64,000 bases of DNA from Perkinsus chesapeaki ATCC PRA-425 (Eukaryota; Protista; Perkinsozoa), in contig JAAPAO010000029.1 in assembly GCA_013115145.1 (NCBI GenBank), forward strand, positions 1-64,000, given 5' to 3'. The notes under the pieces are model-generated. The model made no database searches and was not told where the DNA came from. It saw nothing but the letters and a program-made list of their open reading frames with translations. The position numbers were made by a program, and so were the translations under genes. Of this stretch, positions 36,814 through 49,600 are shown piece after piece. How positions within the stretch are numbered: position 1 is the first letter of the stretch; the number at the start of each line of letters is the position of its first letter.

Positions 36814-39779
36814 ATGGTAACCCTGCCAGATCAGCTATCCAACTGCGTCAGTGCTGTATCGGCCAGTACAGCTGGTGGCCTATCTATGCTGGCTACCTAC
36901 CCCTTAGACCAAATAAAGACCATTTTGCAGGTAACCAAAGATACCATTTCGCTGGGCAGTCTCTTCAGGTCGACGCTGATTCGATCCTGCCATTACCGAG
37001 AGCTCTGCAGCCGCTGGGAACTACTCTGGGAGGGCTTGTGTATCTGAGCTCGACAAATCCTAGGAGACTTTTAATTGGTATCTTCAAAGATATTTTGCGG
37101 TTGATTCGTTGTTGATTGAAAAATAATTTCTTCTAGTAGGTAATGGAAATGTCAGTGGATGACAAGAGACTGTCATCCAATTGAAATAAATAAATTAAAA
37201 GTCGTAATAGATGACATATAATAATATATAAGTTGGTTTAGGCGACGAAAACATTTTCGGATCACTTTTAAAACAGCCGAGAGTGGATATTTTCAAAGCT
37301 AGTTCTTCCAGGTGCATCGGCGTCAACAGAGACTGTTATGATATCCAATTTTATATATTATTATCTTTTAAAAGGAACTGACTCAAAGCTGTCAAATGTT
37401 GTTGCTGTAAGTTGGATATCTTTCATTTCAAATACCCTATTCGATGGGCTAGAACGACTAATGCATAAATTCCTAACAAAATTTACATTAGTTCTTTAAA
37501 CATAATAATTTCGTATTATATCTTCACATTGGGAGCAATGTTTGACCGTTCAGAGTCACATTTGTGCGAGGCAGGATAGATCACCGATTGTTCGTATCAA
37601 CTTTATTCGTTTTTAGACACCATACGTTTAGCCTCCTTGAATAAACCGATTTAGAAACTCAGTTCAGTCGATTCCAGAGCTGCTTTTTTCACGTTAAACG
37701 CGATTATGAATCCCAGAATGGATTTTATGAACAGGACAAATTAATTTTCATCTTCTTCCTTATCAGGCCCGTAATGGCAGCATTAATCCAATAGTATCAG
37801 CGTTGGTCTCCAGTACCAGTAGGCTTGCTTCCCCCTTCCCCCTCAGTACCTTCCTCAGTTGCCGGCTGCCTCAATGTTATTGTTACCGAACCTTTATGGC
37901 GAGCAAGCACCATCGTTAAATTGAGAACATCTGACAGTTCGACTGGAACTCAAAGTGTACTTGTGGAGACTATAAGACTTATCAAAAAAGAAGTAGCGGC
38001 GAATCGCGGGAGAGTCGGCATGGATTTGTTGATAGGGTTTCAGTCGAAGCTTGAACGGTCTGGGGGCGAGCTTGTTGTTGGTTTCAAACCCGGTCATCCA
38101 GTACATGGTCCAGGTGGCACTGCGCGATGCAGTAGTTGGCGGAAGAAGGAAAAACAGTAATCAAGGGAGAGTGGGGAGTAACAGTGATTGTGATTTATAA
38201 ATGAATTACCCATTGTACAGTATTTCAAGTTTGTAAGTCTCCGGTACGCTGTTGTTGGATATAAGATGGTGAACGATGGCATCGTTACGATGCTCATATT
38301 ATATAAGTTATAATGTAAAGTTAATATATAGTGGCACTGTATATAAGTTATATACGTCGAGCAATATATTCTAAGCAACCTCAGAGGGGGTCTCAGTATT
38401 CGCTATAAGGAGTGTAATGGGGAATTTGTGAATACCGTAATATGTTTGGGGCGCCTATGGTTGCTTGGACACTCAGTACGACAAGGCTTAGATCAGGGGA
38501 TATAGGCTGGTAGTGGGTTGTTATAATAGACGTGTGTTAGGTATAAGTATGTATACATATAAAGTAATACGTATAAAGATACAAATATATGCATACATAC
38601 GCATAATACATGTTTACGTGATGTATACTTTACTTGTGATGGCTATTATACTTATTAAATATAATAGTAGTACTCCTGTATTAGTATACATTGTACATGT
38701 CATACACTGTATATAAGTATGGATACTGAATAATATATAGTAACAGATATGATATGAGTCTAGAATAATAGATAGGTTGTATGGTATATAAATTATATAA
38801 TTAATTATATATAGTATGATCAAGCTATCATATATTCTGGGACATCACCAAGTATCATCATCCACCGGAGAGAGGAATGAGTTTGGGATTTCCTTTAGAA
38901 CGGCATATTTTACCGTTGTATGTCCGCATTTAAAGCATTTGCGCATTTCTGTTAGTCTTGACAGCGAAAGAAGCTTTTTTAATCGGAGCGATCGCTAAGG
39001 CGGTTGCCACGTGGATGACATATCCGTTACAAGTGGTTCAGAGTCGACTGAGGGCAGCAGTTAGAGAGGATACAGGGAAGAAGAGTGGTACTAAGGGCTA
39101 ATCAAGTATCCTCGCAGAGCTTCCTTTTCTGCAGAATAAGAGAGATTTTTTCTGAGGAAAACTGTCCATCCGAAAGTAGCCGAATTGTTAGCCAGGGAGG
39201 GAAGTGTTAATGGTATTGCAAAGAATAGGAAATGATAAAATATATTGTGTAAAATTTTCTGGTATACCTCCGCACTTGGAGTCTATCTTAATGTGCCTGG
39301 TTGAGGAGGAAAACGCATATGTGAATGAAGTAGACTAAGGAGACTGTAACTGATACATTATATGATATATTGCGGTCCATTGTGGTCCATTGAAGTAGAA
39401 TGTGAACTATTAAGTATTGCTATTAACAGTTATTTCTCCTCCGATGATTAATCGATTTAGGAATTGAATAATTTCAATATTTTTGTTCACAATTGCTGCG
39501 GCGAGTTGTTTTTAACTAACATTATTGTTTGTGCTGCAGGCTGCTCCTCATCGCTGGTAATCGACTCTATCCGTGAAGTAGTCCGAGTGAATGGTATTTC
39601 TGGATTGTATTCTGGTGTTGGTGCTAAGCTGACACAGACGGTGGCCAATGCAGCATTAATGTAGTAAAGAAAGAAGGCGGATAGACATAGTTTATTATCA
39701 ATCTCACGGGTGGCGAATTTGTACGAAATAGTGGGACAAATCCATATCATCCTTGGCAATGCTCTCTGCACGTATTGAG
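36814..39779 (+). CDS. SLC25A17: Mitochondrial-carrier-family protein, peroxisomal PMP34/SLC25A17-like; 3' end approximate
   Basis: YPLDQIKTILQ, AGCLNVIVTEPLWRAST, AFLIGAIAKAVATWMTYPLQVVQSRLR, GISGLYSGVGAKLTQTVANAALM. Confidence 0.8.
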
Positions 39780-41260
39780 GTACCTCTTAATCAGAAGCAT
39801 TGATTTTGCATTTTACTCTGGGAGCACATTCCTGTACGGAAGTAGGGGGCATTGTGGAGCGCAAGTATAAGTGATTGAACATATTGAGTATTTTGTTATG
39901 GTTCTCCGGAGGTATCGCTTCATTGAGGGACTATATGTTTATTCGCGGAATTAGTGCGAGCTGTCCTTTCTGACTCTCCTTGTGGAGGACATTCCTACGA
40001 CGATAGATGACTTGACTTACTTAATATTGATAACTTGGTCATGAATGTATAAATCAGAAGTCGTTCACCTTCACACTAGTGTGCTCCTTGGAAGGTGAAA
40101 AGTGTCCCCGATACGGAGGAGATCTTGGTAGAAATGATGATCCTGGGCTGAAATGGAATGCATTCCTTCTGGGCCCCGCGTGTGATGTTCCTTTACCCCG
40201 GCTTTAAGGTACCTCTTTATGGAGGGTATCGACGCTAAGCTTCGGTCGGCTGTTATTCATTGGTATATTAAATGGCTTGACAGTGGGAGGCGACGGAAGA
40301 GCTCTGCATGATCGAAAGTTTTTACGTTTTTATTTCGATATTGAACGTCTCGTGTTGAAGTCGGCCAGACTTGGTGGTTTTTCGTGGATGGCAGGGGGTG
40401 GGGTGGAAGGATGTCGGAAGGGGAGCTGGCGAGAGGAGTGGTAGTGAAGTAGATGGGAACTGCAACGAGTTTGGTCAGGATCATGAAATTCGGAGAAGCC
40501 TTTTTCGGTCCTCCTTGTTGGGATGTTATCTCCGAAAAGCTTGGGAGGGTTGTGTTGAAACGTATTTGGGTAAAAACCGGAAAGATTCTCGGAATGACAA
40601 GCAGAAGGCGATACTAGCGTTGTTGAGTGCTTCAAATAACAAGTATCCACGCACATCTCTCATTGCGAATTTTATTGTGAAAATTTCTCCGACCATGTGA
40701 AATCGTTCGATTAATCGTCGGTGTTGGAAGGCGTGCATGTCCTGGCCCAGTTTGTTTGTGATGAAGTTTCCGACCAAGTCATTTGATTCATACTTGAGCG
40801 GTCTGCTATGGAGGGTCCTATCGGGGGAGAATGTTGGCGCTAGAAAAATCCTAAAACTGCATCGCTCCGCTAATAACTGATTGAATTTACAGACTTTCGT
40901 GGCTGCGGACGGCGGTGAAGGTTCGTTGAGTCGGAGTAAATTCAAGGGGGGGGCATCACTGTGCTTTTGTAGCAATCGCCACTGGTGAGCATTCGTAGTG
41001 GTCTCTTCAACTTTTTACTGACCGTATCTGAATGGTCATGCTGAGCTCACTGCTGAGGGAGAGTACTAGACAGACATGACTTCTGTTCTATCAAAAGAAA
41101 TATTTTTCCATAGCATCAAGAGAGGTGATTGAGTTCCTCCTCCCGGAGGCGTGTGTTTGTGATTCACTGTTGTTAGTGTTTGCCTTTCCACGATCCATTA
41201 CTCCTCCCAACAAAGGGGTACTTGGATTGTTGCTGCTGCTGCTGTTGTCTTGCTATACTA

Positions 41261-44200
41261 ATGGCGTTATTGGATTATATTCATTTGAATGACCCAGTTA
41301 TGTGGGCATGCTTTGGTATATCATTTATAGTAGTAGTGGCGGTTACGATATTATTGTTATACCCACGGAAAGCAGCGCAACCGAAGGTAAGGGGAGGACG
41401 ACAGAGGGTTAATAGTAGTAATTGTTATAAAGCATATATTAATAGTAATTGTTATAAAGTATATATTAATAGTAATTGTTATAAAGTATATATTGATAGT
41501 AATTGTTATAAAGCATATATTGATAGTAATTGTTATAAAGCATATATTGATAGTAATTGTTATAAAGTATATATTAATAGTAATTGTTATAAAGCATATA
41601 TTAATAGTAATTGTTATAAAGTATATATTAATAGTAATTGTTATAAAGTCTTCCTCACTACACACGGGAAGTGGCGGGGAGAAATAAATCTTTGTTTGTC
41701 TACTACGGAGGAAGTCCGACAGATTATCAAAATGAACCTTATCTTCTGTGCATTCGAGAACCCTCTTTTTGTCAGCGGATGTTATTGTCACCATTTGACC
41801 TAGCACAAGCCTACGTCCCCGAATCCAAGTCATCATCGGCCACGGCGGCGGCTTTGCCAAAGGTAACCTATTTGGTATCTTTAAGGTTGATTTGCCTATC
41901 AGGATTTTCGGCTCCTTGTGATTTGTAATCCTGTTTCTGGTAGTGGACTCGGACGGAGAGTCTATGATAAGATTGTTAAGGTGAGGAGGGCAGATATTCT
42001 TTACAGTGCGATTGTGGGGGAATGCAGGATTGTAAGTATCTAGGTTGAGCGTGCATCTTGTAGGAGATGGGCGTTTACGATTATGGCTATAGAAAATAAG
42101 TTACCTAAAGTGTTGATTAATTAGTTCAACTGTGATAGAAATGTATTATATGGCAATGTGAGGGTAACACTATATACACTAGACTGGTTGTTGAAATGAG
42201 GCACCCGAATGGCCGACATAAAATTAAGTTAGTAGTCGGGCCGAGCGCCGTCTTAAACGTCATCCGCTGTCGAGTAACTCGGGAATGAGTAAAGTTTGAG
42301 ACGGCGTGACATGCATATTCTGGATCCTCGTAATTCTCTACCGAAAAGTGTAATTATTTTTTGTAAGAATTTTCGTGCCTTAGCCGCACCAAAACATGCC
42401 CATGATAGTTATCTCTGGAAAGTTCAGAGATGTAGCTGTTTTTTATAATTTATAATTACCGTGACATTTTATTGGTGGCCAATGTTTGTCACTAAACTGC
42501 CTTAAGTTGTGCTGAGCATTCTATTAATCCTTTTCGAGTAATGCCAGAACCTCTTCAACTACACCCTTGGAAGACGAGTGTGCTCTGAATAACCTTTTTG
42601 TATTTCCATACTAAACCCTCTGAATAACTCCCCCTGGACAATAACCGCCGTTTGTCATAAATTCATCATCAATGACCAGTGACCACTGACCAGTGGTCAC
42701 TGGCACTGAATACAACGCACTAAATGAATACGTTGGTAGTTGTTGAGATAGTTTGTAAGAACGGATGTCTTATGTAGATGGGCAAACTATATTGCAACAT
42801 TCATATCCATTGAGCCTCAATGATTGAGGTCAGGGGATCAGGTTGCCATAACTTTGTCTTTTAATAGTATATGGCTACATTAGCTCCTCTTCACTTGTTG
42901 CTGTTTAATTAATACAATTAATTTCTATATTATTACTGTTAATAAAATTATTATAATAATATATGTAATTAGTTATCTTGTTACGATGTTGTAGAGTACA
43001 AGAACGATAATTAAATATTAACAAAACCAGAATTATATTTTGCTCAGAGCAGAATATTTTCGAAATGATGGTAGTATCCCCTTTTTATCAGGTTATGTTG
43101 GACCGGAGTGAGACGCCGTACGAGGTCATTTTCACCGAGCATCCGGGGCATGCTTACGACCTCGGGGCAGACCTCGAGATTGATTTGTGAGTCAATAACG
43201 ACTATTAAATAACCGTTTAATTTGGTGTGTATATTTCAATGACTTAATATAGTTAATATCAACTCAGTATAATTAAGTTAATAAATTTATTTATAACTCT
43301 TATTATCATCGCCACCTTTTTCCCTTATTATTATATCTCCCTTTTACCCTTATTATTATATCTCCCTTTTACCCTTATTATTATCTCTCCCTTTTACCCT
43401 TACTATTATATCTCTCTTTTGCCCTTATTATTAATATATCTCTATAAGGTACTCAGCAATCGCTGTTGTAGGAGGTGACTGTCTTCTCCACGAATTGCTG
43501 CAGGGGATGTAAGGATGGCTGCGCATGCGTGCATACCGTATTTTCCTCCCTTCATAGGTATAGCTCATCGAAAACTCTGTCAACACTCAAGCTGTTACTA
43601 TCGCGATTACCATTGGCGATCATTCCGGCTGGAGCGAAGTAACAGGAAACCTGCAAAACAGGAATCGCTTCGCTCCGCGTGATCTCTCTTAAGTAGACTA
43701 AGTCTGAGTACTTTACGAGAATTATGAATCTTAATCAGTACGCGGTCGTCTAATAGCTTTGGCGACCAAATTTCAGGATACTTCGCAGAACTCCTGTCCG
43801 CTTGCACATTTCCCAGCGGTCTCTCTCTCTCTCGGTATAAAGGATAAACTGAGGAAATACGGCAAGGCTGTGCCCAATGATTCTTAGCAAACTCCGCGTT
43901 CATGTGATATCCACGACTACTTCGCTACGTAGGATGCTGGCAGTTGAAGAATTTCGATTGTGGACCTCTGTATCGATCGACTCCTATTTTAGTGATGGCC
44001 TCGCAAATAGCTTGGGTATGCCGAACGCCTACTTGGCATGCAAAAGGATGCTGGACGCCATATATACCGGTCAATACAGGTTGGTAGAGAGGGTGCTTTG
44101 CCTTGTGTTTCATTGTTATTGTTATTGGTATGTCTTTTTTATAATAACGTACCAATGTTAAATATTATATTATATAAATAATATTGGTCTAATATTACCA

Positions 44201-46290
44201 ATATTAATATAAGTATTATATTTCTATATTTTTTGATACCAGCTGTAATTGTTGACTATACAATAACACATATTATACAGGGTGTTCATATCATTAGGGT
44301 ACCCTGTATGATTGGTTACGGTATCTTAGCTTGAATCATGCAAGCTTCATGCAGGGTCGCAGGGCATCTCATGTTATTATCATATTATTATATTGCAAGC
44401 TAAGATTATGTCATATCTCCGAGCTGTACAATGGCGATAATAATACTATTATTGTTGTATATTATTAGACCGCTTGATCTCTATCACGTCATTCGAGAGT
44501 CCTCGATTGCCCCCGACGATGGCACTGAGACTGCTGCTGAAGAAGAAAGTCGAGTTAGTGACGACCAGGGGTACAGCAGTCATGTGCATGCGTGCATAGT
44601 TCACGTTGTGTTCAGATGTGGCGTAATTGATTTTACGATGACTTGTTGGGGATTCATCGCCGATGTTGAGATGATCGCCAGGAGAGCTCTCGGACGTAAG
44701 GCCGAGCGGATTCGGGGCACCTCCTTGTTTCTTCTTAAAGTTCTAGCTTACGTTCACTTGGCAATGGATTTATTTTTACAGTGCAAATTCGGATTTTCGC
44801 AAATATGTCGTTTTGTTTAGCGCAAAGCTACGCCTAGGCTGGGACAAATATCTTTATTGGTTGATAATCACTTGTCCACTCGAGTTCGATCCCCGCACCT
44901 GTCGTTTTTATTAGGTTTGCCGCGGCAAGTAGCCCGGCTAATAGCAGCAGTTATCAGCATTTTGAGAATGGATGCTAAGGCGGGCCATCTTGTCCTATAC
45001 TGCAAGGAGCCAGTTCCCAAGGAGCTTTCAGGTCGGCGGCATCGCTCCCCTCTATAAATGCGCCAGTTTTACAGAGTGCTTGGATGTCTCATTGTAATTG
45101 CTATAATAACGTACCAGTGTTTCATTTCTTGGACCATTTTACCACTTTTATTGTGCGGTTTTTTATCGTGGGGCATTCGACAACGTCGCGTGTCTACCTA
45201 GTGTAGGTGCTTTGAATTTATGATCTATTTCTTGGATAGGCTTACAGAGATTCAACATATCGGAAGGGATGTTTTGGGAAGACCATTTTGAAATATCAAA
45301 TGGGTCGGAAAGTTACGAAGGATATTGCCTAAGAAATCTCGAAGCTTTTATGTCTAAATAATATGTTTATATCATTACATTTATATATTATTATTATATC
45401 ATTACATTTATATATTATTTTCAGCTTTAATTTATATTTTATTTCCAACTCATCGATCAGGAGATCGATTGGCATTTCAGCCTGAAATTTTCAGGTCTCG
45501 GTCTGCCAGAACCAAAGACCTCAGTTGTTACTATACGAGGTCCTGTTATGAACGTTACGGTGACGAACGTCAGCCACGCAGCAGGTAGGTGTGGATGCGT
45601 ATCTTAATAGTGCGCAATTTGTCCCCCCAATTGTGCAGGCGATTTTATTGTCGATCCTAATGCCCGCTGCGATGACGGTGTTCTTTCTGTGTGCGTAATT
45701 AGAAGCTGCAGTCGTTGGCAAGTAAGGCGCGGGTTCGATCCCTGGCAGGGTATTATTAATTTTTTTTGGCACGGTCGATTGGTTTGATATGATCTTACCA
45801 CGAACGAACACAGCTACCACGAGGTGTCCTTCTTGTACTAATTAGGTGGCGCGTGACTATTGGTTCGCTATTGTGAATGTGTTTTTGTTGTCAGGCTGTT
45901 AAGACGTTGATGGCGATGCGAAATGGAACTCATCTTGCGCTACCGTGGATTGAAATGTATACTTGCTCTAAGGTAAACATTATAATATAAAATGCCCTCA
46001 CCAGGGATCGAACCTGGGACCACCCATCTGCATTGCAAGTATTAAACGATAGTTGTATTATTGTATCAGATGGGAGCTTCGCTGATCATCTATGACGCTC
46101 CGATCAACCGAATCTGTAACTAGCCTGGGTCGTCATTTTTTGATTCAAAAAGGAGATTTCCTCAAAGTTTAATTCCAGTTTGGCGTCAGAAATCAGGGTG
46201 GTATTCGTGGTGCGGTTGTTCAGGTATATATCCGTAATGACACCGGCGAGGTCAGCATCGCAGGAGAAGGAGAATCCGAGCTTGGTAAAG
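41261..46290 (+). CDS. Sphingosine-kinase-like (DAGKc) protein with N-terminal TM anchor and degenerate catalytic motifs; 3' end uncertain
   Basis: LVICNPVSGSGLG, YEVIFTEHPGHA, AVVGGDCLLHELLQG, LPLAIIPAGAN|DGLANSLG, RPLDL, CWGFIADVE, PNARCDDGVL, AMRNGTHL. Confidence 0.78.
41408..41648. repeat. Intronic minisatellite, 27-bp unit (aatagtaattgttataaagcatatatt), ~9 copies
   Basis: Direct inspection. Confidence 0.92.
42676..42703. repeat. Perfect inverted repeat, 13-bp arms with 2-nt spacer, intronic
   Basis: ccagtgaccactg-ac-cagtggtcactgg. Confidence 0.85.
43305..43432. repeat. Intronic tandem repeat, ~24-bp unit (ccttattattatatctccctttta)
   Basis: Direct inspection. Confidence 0.85.
44880..44909 (+). 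other. tRNA 3'-end-like fragment with T5 run, just upstream of acceptor 44914
   Basis: TCGAG-TTCGATC-CCCGC-ACCTGTC-G-TTTTT. Confidence 0.5.
45729..45753 (+). other. tRNA 3'-end-like fragment directly after donor 45722
   Basis: GCGGG-TTCGATC-CCTGG-CAGGGTA-T. Confidence 0.5.
45989..46017 (-). other. tRNA 3'-end-like fragment with perfect T-stem and TTTT
   Basis: Reverse complement CCAGG-TTCGATC-CCTGG-TGAGGGC-A-TTTT. Confidence 0.65.
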
Positions 46291-46667
46291 TTGAGCTCAT
46301 AAATATCTTGTGCATGCGAGCATGTTTCAGACCCCCGGCAACCTCCGGAGAATCCTACTGACGGTCCGGACGGAATTCTGTTATCGTGTCTCGAAGGAGC
46401 AGCTAAGTTAATGTGTTGATTATCTTTATATTTCATAATACACCATTATTCCTGTAGCGCTGACGCCCTGTATGGTTTCATTCACATTCGATAGTCTTGG
46501 TGTCGATTTGAGGGGTGTTCGTGGACACGCATGTGGATACGGACACTCTTGCCAAGTGGGAGAAGGTTTGATAGGAAATGCGTTACTACTAGGAACAGCA
46601 AATGCGTTCCGCAACACTGAATATCTAATTCTTCTCTATCCTCGTAGTTTTATTAATTTCTATCGAG

Positions 46668-49600
46668 ATGTCTGTTCCTTATGGTCGTCCCTTTACCGAT
46701 GACGACATCAAAGCTGTCAGCGAGCTCTGTCCAGCAAGTGAGTTTTCAATTATCTGCTTTATTAACTTATTCACGATAGATGTAGCCTAATTCTTGTTAT
46801 TTTCCACTCCATCTACATTTCGTAAATCCGATTCGGATTCGCGGTTACAAAATTATGACTCCGATTCAGATTATCCGATAAGTCATAATTTTGTAACCGT
46901 TCAATCTTGGACGGTTTCGATGAATGTCATCATTGAGCTCGTTACATCGAAAAAGATCGGCATGCAATTCAATTTTTTACGCAGTTTATTATTCAAATTT
47001 TTGATATAATTTATTTTTTTTCGTTTTCCATGATCTCCGCTATGCCGAATCGGACTTTCAGATAAACCTGTTCGACATTGATTTCTTTATTTTCGATGGC
47101 ATTATTCGCAGTACCACGGGAAAAACTAACAGTCGGATAGCAGCAGCACCCAGAATTACCACTAGGCCTTTTCAGAACTACGACAATTCGTTTCTTGGCT
47201 TCCCTTGTGATGTCCTAGCTGGGGTTCGAACTCGGGTGTTCTACCAGGTTCCAGCTCTGACGTCGAGCTCGCCTTATGGCGTTCCAACGGTAATCGTAAC
47301 ATGGCAGCTAATATGCTATTGAACCAGCAAGGCTCTGCAAGCAACAGTGGATCCGGGTAGGGAAAAATGTGGTCCCCGGGGATTGAACTTGGGCGCTCAG
47401 GTGTTGCTTTGGAGGGCAGTCGTCGGCAGAGAGGGTGCCACAACCAGCAATGGTCTCGGTAGGTTCCGTTGTCAGTTCCTCTACTAATCCAATCCTGCCC
47501 CGACAGGCCGCCGTATTTCCGAAATATCTGTTAATCCCTTGAATGTTCCTCACTGGACCATCGCAGAATGTTAATTACTGCAGAGAGAGGTGTGAAATTC
47601 GGCGGAAATTTTATCGAAATTTTGTCGGCTCAATTTTTTTCCTATCGCACTGGGCTTCAGTTGATTGTATTCTGTTTTTTAGGCACAGCCAGTTCCTCAC
47701 CAACAAGTTGATCGCAGCGCTGAGATAAGATGTTGCTCCTGTCAGCAAGTGATGGACGTGAAGGTTCGGGGCTATCGTAAGTCGAGCTCGAAAGAATCTT
47801 TTGGATTCGTAGTTCTTGGTTTCAGTTGATCAGACTGTGGAAGCGGAAGCGCAGTGTCCTAATTGTCATCAGATGAACCGTTTTGTGCTTCCTGCTGAAA
47901 AAGTGAGCACATGAAACGCTTCGCTCCGCTGTATGGTGGTCTGGTTCAGCCAGCCAAAGTCACCCCGATTCCTGCCGAAGCTACTCCATACAAGCCCTAC
48001 ACGCAGTCGATGCCTGAGCAAGCTTCAGCACCTCAAATGGTGCAGCAGGTTGGTGTGGGATAGAATGGCATTCTGGTCGGGAACAGCGAACAACGGAAAT
48101 GCTCCCCCGATATGGCAACCGCTAGCGGTAACCGAATTCCGAAAACGCGGTATACCGCGAAGTAGGAATTCGATTTACCATTTCGCGGTTTCAACGAAAA
48201 CCATGCCGCGGTTACCTGGTGCATCTCCAGTGATTCACAGGGCGTTCCTTTGGAAGGCCCCACCTCCTGTAGCATTTTATCGCGAACAAGTTAGGGCCTA
48301 ACTGTTAGGCATCGAGACTCGTCACGGGTATGTTTTGGTGGGGCTGAAGTTATAAAAATTCTTACAAAAAACTAACTATACTACCCGATAGAGAAAATTA
48401 CGGGGATTCAGAATATATATGTCACACCGTTTCAAACGTTTTTTTACAAGAAACTTCAATAAAATTACGATCGTACTAATCGAGCGCTGAGAAGTAGACT
48501 TGTCCAACTTTTCTATCTTCAGAACCCTCCGATGGTCCAACAGCAGCAGCAGCAGTTACCTAATGGGGGCGTTACTCCTAGCATGGAGGCTCAAGCTCAG
48601 ATGGGCCTACCGCAGAGCATGAAGATGCAACCGGTTCAGGTTGGAACAGTTGTGCCTACATTAACTGGTAAGGGATCCCATTATGGCAGAGCTTCGGTCA
48701 CAACAGAGTAACGTTGTACTGAATTGCTATATGCGTTGCTGTTTACTTGCCTGTATTAGTTCGCGGTGAGTGCAACACACATTTTTAGTTAGATCAATAC
48801 TGATTACACTGTAGAGGTTTAGACGAAGAAGTTCATTGTATTTGTGCGTCTGCATGCTGCAAATTGATTTTCATCCCATTCCCAGGAATATGTATCCGTT
48901 TAGACCAGAATCGTGGCAAGTCCACAGCATTGGGATTAGTAGGTCAGCTAATGCAAATGATTTTCTTCGATATCTTGAATAAGATTGTTGGTATATTCTG
49001 TATGTTGATTTATTAGGTGTACAAAGAGCATTATTAGTTGGTATTAACTATTATGGGAGTAGTTGTGAATTATCTGGTTGTATACCGGATGTACATAATA
49101 TGAAAAGATTATTAGTTGAAACTTATCATTGGAATCCAAATGATATTAAATTATTAACTGATGATGGAGAAAATGAAATGCCAACACGTAAGCTTATACT
49201 GGATTATTCAACTACTCTTCTATTACAACTTCTCAGGTGCAAATATAATCCGTTATATGCATTGGCTGGTTAAGGATGCCAAGCCTGGTGATATATTCTT
49301 CTTCCATTATTCTGGGCATGGAGCTCAACAGGTAGTTATACTCAATGCCACTTTAGCATTATTAATAATGTATTCAGGAGGATCCTTTACATTTGGAAGA
49401 AGATGGTATGAATGAGACTATCATACCAGTTGATGTAAGCCCGAATAATTTACAACGGAGTTCTTGGCGATAGCTGGCTTAATACCATACATCACGGCCA
49501 CTCACAAAACACTAACACTTCTTCGTATTCTTTTGCATCCTGCCTAGGAGGCTGGTAGATGAAACTTTAAAAGCGTTCGATTTGTGGATCCTACTCAGCA

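Noticed and set aside
40257-40975. Overlapping ORFs on both strands between the carrier and SphK-like genes
   Set aside because: Could be a real hypothetical gene or TE relic, but strand, splicing and family could not be determined
41180-41803. 207-aa ORF with poly-Cys and NSNCYK repeats
   Set aside because: Poly-Cys is a (TGC)n tract upstream of the real ATG at 41261, and the repeats are an intronic minisatellite read through a gtaag donor
46104-46436. 110-aa minus-strand ORF
   Set aside because: Probably the shadow of the SphK-like 3' exon(s) on the plus strand; no motif support
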